From Planctomycetota bacterium (GTDB taxonomy: Bacteria > Planctomycetota > UBA1135 > GCA-002686595): a stretch of DNA of 30,978 bases. The notes under the pieces are model-generated. The model was not told the DNA's origin and searched no databases. It saw only the letters and a list, made by a program, of their open reading frames with translations. Shown here one piece after another: positions 17,120-25,160 of the stretch; positions within the stretch are counted from its first letter, which is position 1, and every line of letters starts with the position of its first letter. Location of the stretch: NCBI GenBank assembly GCA_043736755.1, contig JAYTBY010000734.1, positions 1 through 30,978 of the forward strand, given 5' to 3'. The translations under genes were made by a program, and so were the position numbers.

Positions 17120-19099
17120 ATGCTGGCCCCCCTGTTCCTGGTCCTTGCCGCCACCGTGTCAGCTCCCCACCACCAGGAGACTGCGCCCGCGCACAAGAAA
17201 CACCCGGCTCCGCACGACCCGTCGCGCTTCCTCACCTCGCGCAAGAGCCCGATCCAGTTGCCGCTGCCGAACGAGGAAGACGCGTTCTTCTTCGCGGTCT
17301 TCGGCGATCGCACCGGCGGCCCCGCGGACGGCGTGAAGATCCTCTCCGAGGCCGTCGACGACGTGAACCTGCTCGAGCCGGATCTCGTCATGACCGTCGG
17401 CGATCTCGTGCAGGGCTACAACGACACGCCCGAGTGGATGCTCCAGATGACGGAGTTCAAGGGGATCATGAACCGCCTGAAGAGTCCGTGGTTCCCCGTC
17501 GTCGGGAACCACGATCTCTATTGGCGCGGCAAGGGCGAAGCACCGCTGCTCGAGCACGAAGCGAGCTACGAGGAGCACTTCGGTCCGCTGTGGTACGCGT
17601 TCCGGCACAAGAATGCGTGGTTCATCGCGCTGCACTCGGACGAGACGAATCCCGACACAGGCAAGAAGCTGTTCGACGATCCCGCGCACCAGCGCATGAG
17701 TCCCGATCAGTTCGCGTGGCTCACGAGCGTGCTCGAGAAAACGAGCGGTGCGGAGCATGTTTTCGTGTTCCTGCACCATCCGCGCTGGTTGCGCGGTGGC
17801 TACGGAGACGACTGGGACCGCGTGCACGCGTTGCTCGCGCAGGCCGGCAACGTGCACGCGGTCTTCGCCGGTCACATCCACCGCATGCGCTACGACGGAC
17901 GGAAGGACGGCATCGAGTACTTCGCGCTCGCGACCGTCGGTGGAGCGCAGGACGGTTGGGCCCCCGAAGCGGGCTACTTGCATCAGTACCACGTCGTCAC
18001 GGTGAGGAAGGCCGGCATTGCCGTAGCCTCGTTCCCGGTCGGCGCGGCGATGGATCCGCGCGTGATCACCGGCGCGATCAGCGATGACGTGCGCGCGCTG
18101 GGCAGCTCTCTCGAGCCACGCTGGAGCGGCCGCGGTGTGTTCACACCCGAGCTCGGCGCCCTGGGCACTTGCACGCTCGAAGTGCGCAATCCCTCGAAGC
18201 GCACGATCGAGGTCACGGTCGTCCCCGAGAGCGGCGATTCACGCTGGACGTTCGGACCCGATCACGTGCACGCGAAGATCGAACCTGGATCGAAGGCCTC
18301 GATCGAGCTGTCGATGCGGCGCCCGAACGCAACGCTCGACTCCGCGTTCCGCGTGCCCGTCGCATCGGTCTCGGTCGAGTACTTGGGCGAAGGCCTGCGC
18401 GTACCTCTACCGCAAAGAAGTTGGGCGATGCCGCTCGACCTCGCGCACTTGCCGTTGCCGCCCGTGCCGCAAGGCGAGCGCGCACTCGCACTCGACGGCA
18501 CAGAGGACGCGCTACTCGTCGCCGCACGCGACATCGTCGTTCCGGACGGCCCCTTCACCGTCGAAGGCTGGCTGAACGCGCGCGAGTTCCGGAAACGCCA
18601 GGGTCTCCTCTGCCGCACCGAGAGTTCCGAGTTCGGGATCTTCGTGAACGAAGGCGCACCCGAGTTCAGCGTCCACCTCGACGGCCGCTACACGACGGCC
18701 GAGGCGCGCGAGCCGAAGCTCACGGCTGGCAAGTGGCACCACGTCGCCGGAGTCTTCGATGGATCGGAAGTGCGCCTCTACGTGGACGGCTCCGTCGTCG
18801 CGCGGCGCAAGGGCTCTGGGAAGCGCACCACGAACGGCTTGCCGCTCGTCGTCGGCGGTGACGTCGGGCAAGGCGGTGTCCCGAACTCGTTTTTCAGCGG
18901 GTTGATCGACGAAGTGCGCGTGTCGAGCCTCGCGCGCTACACGCAGGATCGATTCGATCCCATTCGTCGCTTCGACTCCGACGCGGACACGCTGCTGCTC
19001 CTGCACATGGACGGAACCAGCGGTCCGTGGTTCCCCGACTCGTCCACTCGGGCGGCGCACGCGACGACAGCAGGCGATCCGCGGATCGAAACTCCCTGA
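17120..19099 (+). CDS. Exported calcineurin-like metallophosphoesterase with C-terminal LamG/ConA-like domain
   Basis: GD, GDLV, GNHD, HHP and GHIH motifs. The C-terminus has FTVEGW, WHHVAGVFDG..RLYVDG and GLIDEVR. A signal peptide follows ATG 17120. Confidence 0.85.
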   Translation: MLAPLFLVLAATVSAPHHQETAPAHKKHPAPHDPSRFLTSRKSPIQLPLPNEEDAFFFAVFGDRTGGPADGVKILSEAVDDVNLLEPDLVMTVGDLVQGYNDTPEWMLQMTEFKGIMNRLKSPWFPVVGNHDLYWRGKGEAPLLEHEASYEEHFGPLWYAFRHKNAWFIALHSDETNPDTGKKLFDDPAHQRMSPDQFAWLTSVLEKTSGAEHVFVFLHHPRWLRGGYGDDWDRVHALLAQAGNVHAVFAGHIHRMRYDGRKDGIEYFALATVGGAQDGWAPEAGYLHQYHVVTVRKAGIAVASFPVGAAMDPRVITGAISDDVRALGSSLEPRWSGRGVFTPELGALGTCTLEVRNPSKRTIEVTVVPESGDSRWTFGPDHVHAKIEPGSKASIELSMRRPNATLDSAFRVPVASVSVEYLGEGLRVPLPQRSWAMPLDLAHLPLPPVPQGERALALDGTEDALLVAARDIVVPDGPFTVEGWLNAREFRKRQGLLCRTESSEFGIFVNEGAPEFSVHLDGRYTTAEAREPKLTAGKWHHVAGVFDGSEVRLYVDGSVVARRKGSGKRTTNGLPLVVGGDVGQGGVPNSFFSGLIDEVRVSSLARYTQDRFDPIRRFDSDADTLLLLHMDGTSGPWFPDSSTRAAHATTAGDPRIETP

Positions 19100-19120
19100 A
19101 CACGCACGGGTCGGCTTCGC

Positions 19121-19210
19121 AGAGCATGTGAAGAAGGAACCGGCGACGCGCCGTGGACTCGACGCAGAGGGTGCCTGAACGCGTGGTGGTTCGATTTCCT
19201 CACACGCTCT
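19121..19210. mobile_element. 90-bp MITE-like element, copy B
   Basis: AGAGCATGTGA...TCACACGCTCT, collinear with 12668-12757. Confidence 0.6.
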
Positions 19211-19240
19211 CGGAGTCCCGTAGCTCTGATCCGCAGCGAG

Positions 19241-19387
19241 AGAGCGGTGAATTCATCACGCGCGCCGAGAGGTTGTGAAATAATCGAGCGCCGCCTCCAC
19301 CGAGAGGTCTTTGGGTCATCCGAGTCCGTGGTCTCGCGTGAAACACGTGACTCCGTAGCCCGCGCGATCGATTGATTCACACGCTCT
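19241..19387. mobile_element. Longer related element with the same ends, copy C
   Basis: The left end AGAGCG-GTGAATTCATC matches the reverse complement of the right end GATTGATTCACACGCTCT with a 1-nt deletion and two mismatches. The interior differs from copies A and B. Confidence 0.45.
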
Positions 19388-19399
19388 GAGCCCGCAGAC

Positions 19400-19828
19400 T
19401 CACAGCACGACGATCGCCACGATCGCGATTCCGAGCGCGGTACGCAGTCCCGCGCGGCCGGAGTTCTTGGCGCGGACCGAGGTGGCGCGCAACACGCTCG
19501 CCCAACGCCGTCTCTTCGGTTGCGCGACGACGACCGCCTCCTTTTCCGCCTTCGAGAGCTGCTTCAGCGCGTGCTCGACGCGCTGCGCCGCCGCGCGATC
19601 GCCGATCGCGACCTGGTACACGAGCGCGAGCGGCCCGCGCCCGCGCAGCGCCTTCGCCCCGCGGCCATGCTCGTGCTGCTCGAAGCGCCGTTCGACATCG
19701 TTGCTGATGCCGGTGTAGAGCGCGCCGCTCGCCGTGCGGACCATGTAGAGCGACCAGCGCACAGGAGGTGCGGGTTCCTTGGGCTTCGCCCGTCGGCGTC
19801 TGCCGGGCCTCGCCTCACTGCTTCCCAA
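19400..19828 (-). CDS. GIY-YIG nuclease family protein (UPF0213-like)
   Basis: LYMVR..GALYTGI.ND..RRF.QH..G.GAK.LRGRGP..LVY, E..LKQLSKAEKE. TTG start with AGGAGG 6 nt upstream. Confidence 0.88.
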   Translation of the reverse strand: MGSSEARPGRRRRAKPKEPAPPVRWSLYMVRTASGALYTGISNDVERRFEQHEHGRGAKALRGRGPLALVYQVAIGDRAAAQRVEHALKQLSKAEKEAVVVAQPKRRRWASVLRATSVRAKNSGRAGLRTALGIAIVAIVVL

Positions 19829-20126
19829 GCGCTCCCTCCTGCCTCGATCCCGCGATGGGCCACCGGCGTTCGACGACCAGCCGCGAACGTCCCGCACCCA
19901 GAGCGCGCTCAGGATAGAGCCCGGGAATGGTCTCGGTGAACTGGCCTATCCCCAGATTCCTGCCCACCGCCGGCGTCTCGAACGTCGCCGGAGCCGGCCC
20001 GAGGCGAGTCGTCGTGAGCAACGCGCAGTGAGCGCCCGAAGATCACGACCGCGCGCGACTGGGTCTTCCCGCGCAGTCAGGGCGAGGATCTCGCGGCCGC
20101 GCGGAATGCGGCCGCGAGTCGAGCGA

Positions 20127-21281
20127 TCACTTCGACTTCGTCTTCAGCTCGCCCAGGAGCTGATCGATCGCCGCGTCGAGCTTCTCGCCGCGCACGTTCT
20201 TGAAGCGGATCCGTCCTTCACCATCGAGAACGTAGATCGTGGGCCAACTCGACACGTTCCAACGCGTCGAGATGGGGCCGCTGGTGCTGCCGCCATTCCA
20301 AAAAGAGCGCCACGTGATCTTCTCTTCGACCAGCGTCTTCTTGAGCGCGTCGCGATCCTTGTCGCTGTTGACGCCCACGATCGCGAAAGGTTCACCAGCG
20401 AGACGTTCCACGAGCGACCGCTCGTGCGGGTACATGGCCCGGCAAGGGCCTCACCAATGTCCCCAGAAATCGATGACGACGACTTTGCCGCGGTAGTCAC
20501 TGAGTTTGAAGGCCGTGCCCTCGATGTCCTCGGCTTCGATGTCGGGCACGATCTTGCCGATCGTGAGCTTCTGAAGCTCGAACAGCGCACCTTCTGCGCG
20601 CGGGCCGATCGCTCGACCACGCGAATCCAAGACGTCGGCGTAGTCCTTCGCAACGCGCTCGAGCACCGCGACGTACTGCTTTTCGACAACGTTGGCGCCC
20701 GACTTCCGTAGGGATTCCGAGCGTTCCGCGCCGTGCCGCTTGGCGTGCGTTTCGGCCGAGACGTCTCCGGCCTCGACCGAGCGCAGACCGTCGAGGTCGT
20801 ACTTGACGTGGTCGGCGAGCATGCGGATAGAACGGCCGCGCACGCTGCGATCGCCAGCGTTCTCGGCCAACGTCTCGACACGCGCGCGCGCGTCGGGCCG
20901 TGAGTTCGGACGCAGGCTGTCCAAGAGATCGCCGAGTGCCGGGCTCGCGATGTCCTTCGACAGGAGTTCGTCGAGGTACGAGTCGGACATGCTGGCCTCG
21001 ACGCCGGACGTCACCATCCACACGCGCACGCGGACAGCGAGCTCGCCGCGCGGGTCGTCTTTCATCAGCGCCTTCGCACGAAGCGCGAGTTCGACGCGCT
21101 TCTCATCGAGCGCGTTCTTGTCGAAGCCGGGTTGGCCGACATCCTTCGATGCGGACTCCAGTTCGGCGCGGAGTTCCGCGACGGGGTCCGTGGCGACTTG
21201 GACCGAACCCTGGAGGGCTGGATCCAGTGCCGAAGCCGGCGCAGCGAGCGCCAGCAGCAAGAGCAGTTGGGTGGGTTTCAT
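20127..21281 (-). CDS. Exported TlpA/AhpC-TSA-type redoxin selenoprotein (Sec277, UGPC motif)
   Basis: Track ORFs 20451..21281 and 20127..20435 are one frame separated only by TGA at 20451-20453, reading FWGHW-U-GPC, with UGA at the first Cys of CxxC. It has a signal peptide and a SECIS-like hairpin. Confidence 0.9.
20409..20426 (-). promoter_or_regulatory. Bacterial SECIS-like stem-loop
   Basis: On the minus strand, CACGAGC-GGTC-GCTCGTG. The apical loop starts with GG-U and begins 32 nt after the UGA. Confidence 0.7.
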
Positions 21282-21293
21282 GGCTTGCTCAGT

Positions 21294-22157
21294 CTAATCA
21301 CGCCGCACGGCCGCGAGGATGGATCGCGTCGCGTGGCTCTTGTTCAGGGTGTAGAAGTGGATGCCCGGCGAGCCACCCTCGAGCAGCTTGCGGCATTGCT
21401 TGATCGCGTGCTCGATCCCGGTCGCCATGACGAGCGCGGGGTCGTCCGCGACGCGCCTCAAGCGCTCGAGCAAGTCCTGCGGTATCGAAGCCCCACACAA
21501 CTTCGTGAAGCGCTCGACCTGAGCCACGTTCGTGATGGGCATGATCCCCGGAACGATCGGCACGCGAATGCCGGCCGCGCGTGCGCGGCGGACGAAGTCG
21601 AAGAAGTACTCGTTGTCGAAGAAGAGCTGCGAAATGAGGATTTGTGCGCCAGCGTCGACCTTCGCCTTCGTCCAACGCATGTCGGCGTCGCGATCCGTCG
21701 ACTCGACGTGGTTCTCGGGGTAGCACGCGGCGCCGATCGAGAGTGGCCAGCCCTCCTTCAACATCGCGATGAGTTCGGTCGCGTGGCCCATGTCGCCCGG
21801 TGGCATCGTCGACCCGTCTTTGGGCTGATCGCCGCGCAGCGCGAGCACGTTTTCGACGCCGGCATCGACGAGGCGATCGACGATGAGGCGGATCTCGGCG
21901 CGCGTCGAGCCCAAGCACGTCAAGTGCGCCATCGTGTGGACGCCGACTTCACGCTGCAGCTTCGTCACGACGTCGATCGTGCGGTCGCGCGTGCTACCTC
22001 CTGCGCCGTAGGTGACCGACACGTAGTCGGGCTTCCACACCTCTTGGAGATCGGCGACGGTGTTGAGCAGCGCGCGCGCACCCTCGTCCGTCTTGGGCGG
22101 GAAGAACTCGAAGCTGAACACCGGCCAGCCGCGGCCGTGGAGGTCGCGGACTTTCAC
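21294..22157 (-). CDS. metF: 5,10-methylenetetrahydrofolate reductase
   Basis: FSFEFFPPKT, SVTYGAGG, AHLTC, LALRGD, AACYPE, SQLFFD, PGIMPI, GIHFYTLN. GTGA overlap with the thioesterase stop. Confidence 0.95.
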   Translation of the reverse strand: MKVRDLHGRGWPVFSFEFFPPKTDEGARALLNTVADLQEVWKPDYVSVTYGAGGSTRDRTIDVVTKLQREVGVHTMAHLTCLGSTRAEIRLIVDRLVDAGVENVLALRGDQPKDGSTMPPGDMGHATELIAMLKEGWPLSIGAACYPENHVESTDRDADMRWTKAKVDAGAQILISQLFFDNEYFFDFVRRARAAGIRVPIVPGIMPITNVAQVERFTKLCGASIPQDLLERLRRVADDPALVMATGIEHAIKQCRKLLEGGSPGIHFYTLNKSHATRSILAAVRRD

Positions 22158-22570
22158 GCGGCCTCCTGGATCTCTTCGAACTTCGCGCGAAATCGCGCCG
22201 GCAACTCGATGCTCTTCATGATGCGTAAATCGGTGCACACGGTCGTCATGCGCGCGTCGACGCACAGGACGCCGTCGAGTCGAAACACGTAGCGCAGCGC
22301 GATCGAGGAGCGACCGAGCTTCGTGCAGGTGACGCTCACCTCGGGACGGTCACCGAAGCGCAGCGGCGCTGAAAAATCGACTTCGCTATGCACGAGCGGG
22401 AAGCCGATGCGGTCCTCGAGGAGCAGCTTGTAGTAGCGCACTCCAACGTGGTGCTCCCACAGCTCCTCGTAGACTTCGTGCACGTAGTCGTAGATCCGCG
22501 GGTAGTACGCGATCCCCGCGGGATCGACATGTCCGAAGCGCACTTGGATCGTCGTCGTGAAGGCCGGCAT
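22154..22570 (-). CDS. Acyl-CoA thioesterase, 4-hydroxybenzoyl-CoA thioesterase (hotdog) family
   Basis: VRFGHVDPAGIAYYPR, FPLVH..VDF.APLRFGD, LGRSSI. Confidence 0.88.
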   Translation of the reverse strand: MPAFTTTIQVRFGHVDPAGIAYYPRIYDYVHEVYEELWEHHVGVRYYKLLLEDRIGFPLVHSEVDFSAPLRFGDRPEVSVTCTKLGRSSIALRYVFRLDGVLCVDARMTTVCTDLRIMKSIELPARFRAKFEEIQEAA

Positions 22571-22575
22571 CCGGT

Positions 22576-23358
22576 TCAGGATACCGCGGCGCCCTCGACG
22601 AAAAGGTGCGGCCAAGCCTCGCGCGCGGCATCGAACGCGATCGATCCGAGGGCTTCGACGAGTTCGTGGCCCTCCTTCGCCGTGGCCGCCGCGGGATCCC
22701 CGCAGTACGCGTGCTCCGCGCCGGCATCTTGGAACGTCTTCACTCCTTCCTTCATCTTCGCGAGGAGGTGAATCGACACGGGCGCCAGGCGCGCACGCTC
22801 GCTGTCGCGGACGGAGGCGGAGTCCGCGGCTAGCACGATGCTCGTCTCGTAGCTCCCAGCGTGGCAATCGCCGCTCTGGAACTCCGCGCCGAGGCGCGCC
22901 GCGTTCTTGCGTCGCGTGACGTCGGCCAGGATCGCGTGGGCTTTGCGCTTGCCGCGCTGCGCATGGTCGAGGAGGACGCCGCGGAGGACGTCGACGTGCG
23001 CGGGCTCGAGGTGACCATTCACGAGGAGGACGTGCTCGATCCCTTGCAGCTCGAGGCCGACGACCACGTCGTCGATGAGCGCCCACAAAGTCCCGGGTTG
23101 GAGCGAGATCCGCCCCGCGAACCCGCGTGTGTACTCGGTCAGACCGAAAGGGATCGCGGGCAAGAGGAGCGCCGGCACTCCGCTCGCATCGAGCTTGGCG
23201 GCAGCACTGCGCGCCATCGCGAGCGCGATCGTCACGTCGGTGTCGAGCGGCAAGTGCGGACCGTGCGGCTCCGTGCTGCCCACGGGCAGGATGGCGACGG
23301 TGCGCGGGCCGAACGCGGCTCGGGCTTCGGGCCAGGTCATCTTCGCCAGTTCGGACAT
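22576..23358 (-). CDS. Creatininase/creatinine amidohydrolase family protein
   Basis: ILPVGSTEPHGPHLPLDTD, LVNGH, DCHAGSYETS, GDPAAAT. Confidence 0.9.
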   Translation of the reverse strand: MSELAKMTWPEARAAFGPRTVAILPVGSTEPHGPHLPLDTDVTIALAMARSAAAKLDASGVPALLLPAIPFGLTEYTRGFAGRISLQPGTLWALIDDVVVGLELQGIEHVLLVNGHLEPAHVDVLRGVLLDHAQRGKRKAHAILADVTRRKNAARLGAEFQSGDCHAGSYETSIVLAADSASVRDSERARLAPVSIHLLAKMKEGVKTFQDAGAEHAYCGDPAAATAKEGHELVEALGSIAFDAAREAWPHLFVEGAAVS

Positions 23359-23521
23359 GCGGACACGATAGCAGTGCCGTGCGCGGGTACGAGTGCGTCG
23401 CGCACCGCGAGGAGTGGCTCTGCACTTCGATGGGCCACGGATTCCTGGTTCGAGCAGGTGTCGGCTCGACGTCGGGATCTCGTGGACACTCGGTGTCCGA
23501 CGTCGAGCGCCACACGCCTGC

Positions 23522-24010
23522 GAAATGTGCGCGGAATCAAACCTGCGCTGATGTGCGCTGCCCTCGGTGCGCGTCGGGCGTTGTCCGTGCCCCAAGGCCT
23601 GCTCGTCCTACGGGGTGGACACGGCTCGAGCACGATCACCTTGGCCGTGGCCGCATGCGGCTCGAGCAGGACACGCGTCGCACCCGTCGGGGTCGAATGC
23701 CGCGGTCCCCGAGAGATGTGCGCGGAATCAAACCGCCGCCGGGGCGATCCGAGCTGTCGCAACGCATTGGGCATCGTCGGTGAGCCGAGGCTCCGTCGCT
23801 TCGCGATACGTGTAGATAGCGCATCGTCTTGTACTGCGTCGCGGCGGCCACCTCGGTCCGTGGCCACGCAGGGCGTTGTGAGGACAGGCGCGTTGCTCGC
23901 GCCGACGTCTGACGCCGACGTCTGACGCCGCAGAGCGCCAGAAATGTGCGCGGAATCGAACCGCCGCCGAGGACGAACTGAATCGTCGCGATTTCTGCCC
24001 GATTCCGCGC
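23522..24010 (+). repeat. REP-like repeat cluster upstream of RAYT
   Basis: GA(A/G)ATGTGCGCGGAATC(A/G)AACC at 23522-23543, 23713-23734 and 23941-23962, plus an inverted partial copy CGATTCCGCGC at 24000-24010. Confidence 0.75.
23901..23930 (+). repeat. 13-bp tandem duplication GCCGACGTCTGAC x2.3
   Basis: Units at 23901-23913, 23914-23926 and a partial unit to 23930. Confidence 0.85.
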
Positions 24011-24054
24011 GACCGCGCCGAACGCCGTTCGTCGTGCGAGGGGGAGGCGACTCG

Positions 24055-24849
24055 ATGACTCGCACATCAACCCGAGTCCACCAGCAGCACTCACTCTTTC
24101 CTCGCGGCGGCGCGCGAGAAGGCGCAGGCCGCAAGCCGAACGGTGAGCGCGCTCGGGTTGGGCACGACACTCGGCAGCGCATGTCGCGCCACACTCCCGT
24201 CCACGTCACGACGAAGCTCCTTCCGCGACTCCCGAGCTTGCGCAGCGAACCCGCGCTCACTGTCGCGCGTGAGACTCTCGTCGCTGGCGCGGACAGGTTC
24301 GGATTCCGCCTGGTCGAGTACTCGATCCAGTCAGACCATTTCCACTTCCTCGTCGAAGCGCGGGACGAAGTCGCTCTCGGCCGTGGGATGAAGGGGCTCC
24401 TCGTGCGACTCACGAAATCGCTGAACCGTGCGTGGGGACGGACCGGCCATCTCGTCGGCGATCGCTACCGCACACACGTGCTCCGGACTCCTCGCGAAGT
24501 GCGTCAGGCCCTCGTCTACGTGCTTCAGAACGGCAAGAAGCACGGTGCGCGCTTCCACGATGTCGATGCCTGCTCCTCCGGCCCGTGGTTCGCTGGCTGG
24601 TCGGATCACACGCCGCCAGCGAGCCGAGTCCTGCCGCGAGCGGAATCCTGGCTGCTATCGGTCGGCTGGGTGAAGTGCGGCCTTCTTTCGAAGCACGAGG
24701 GGCCACAAAGTGTCGGTCGATCATCCAACGGAGCCGTTGGGAAGGTAGCGGCTCAGCGAGAGCCGCGTCGATCGGACGCAAGCGGTTCACGCCAGCGAAA
24801 CGAGCTCGCACGAGACGAGCTCGCAGCGGCTCACTTCGATCATCCGTGA
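24055..24849 (+). mobile_element. Y1 HUH transposase, REP-associated tyrosine transposase (RAYT)-like
   Basis: PVHVT, FRLVEYSIQSDHFHFLVEA (HUH), LNRAWGRTG..GDRY and ALVYVLQN (catalytic Tyr). GGAGG RBS at 24043-24047 and flanking repeats. Confidence 0.8.
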
Positions 24850-25160
24850 AGTCGCGGTCACGGCCCGAGGGTGCCGACGCACGGGGCCGGCGCATCCCAA
24901 GGCGCGCACGACAGCAGAACCAGAGCCGTGGTGGATCACCGACACTTCACGGAACCGTCTCATCAGCCGACGAGGATTGCGATCGTGTGCAACCAGGGAC
25001 ACAGGTGTCACCCATGTACCCGGGTCGGACCATCGCTCGACCGGGCGGCTCTGGTTCCGTCGAACAAGTACGGGCACAAGTGACGCGGCCAACTAGGAAG
25101 TTCGACGGTTCCGTGGAGCAGGCGCGTGAGCGGATGCCGACGCATGTCCACCGAAGGTGC

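Noticed and set aside
19815-20021. 68-aa minus-strand ORF between the selenoprotein and GIY-YIG genes
   Set aside because: It has no clear RBS or family motif. It cannot be excluded, but it is unsupported.
20094-20129. Second Sec readthrough at the terminal UGA of the selenoprotein, which is followed by a GC hairpin
   Set aside because: The loop (ATTCCGC) lacks the leading G of SECIS loops, the redoxin domain is already complete, and the downstream frame is not protein-like.
20436-20453. Redoxin as a nonsense pseudogene or as two separate genes
   Set aside because: The stop falls exactly on the catalytic Cys position, both halves are otherwise intact, and a SECIS-like hairpin follows.
23522-23962. 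Three direct repeats as a CRISPR array
   Set aside because: The periods are 191 and 228 bp, far too long and unequal. There are no cas genes, and the adjacent HUH transposase explains them better.
23941-24010. Possible tRNA gene around GGTTCGATTCC on the minus strand
   Set aside because: There is no complementary acceptor stem, D-arm, anticodon arm or CCA end.
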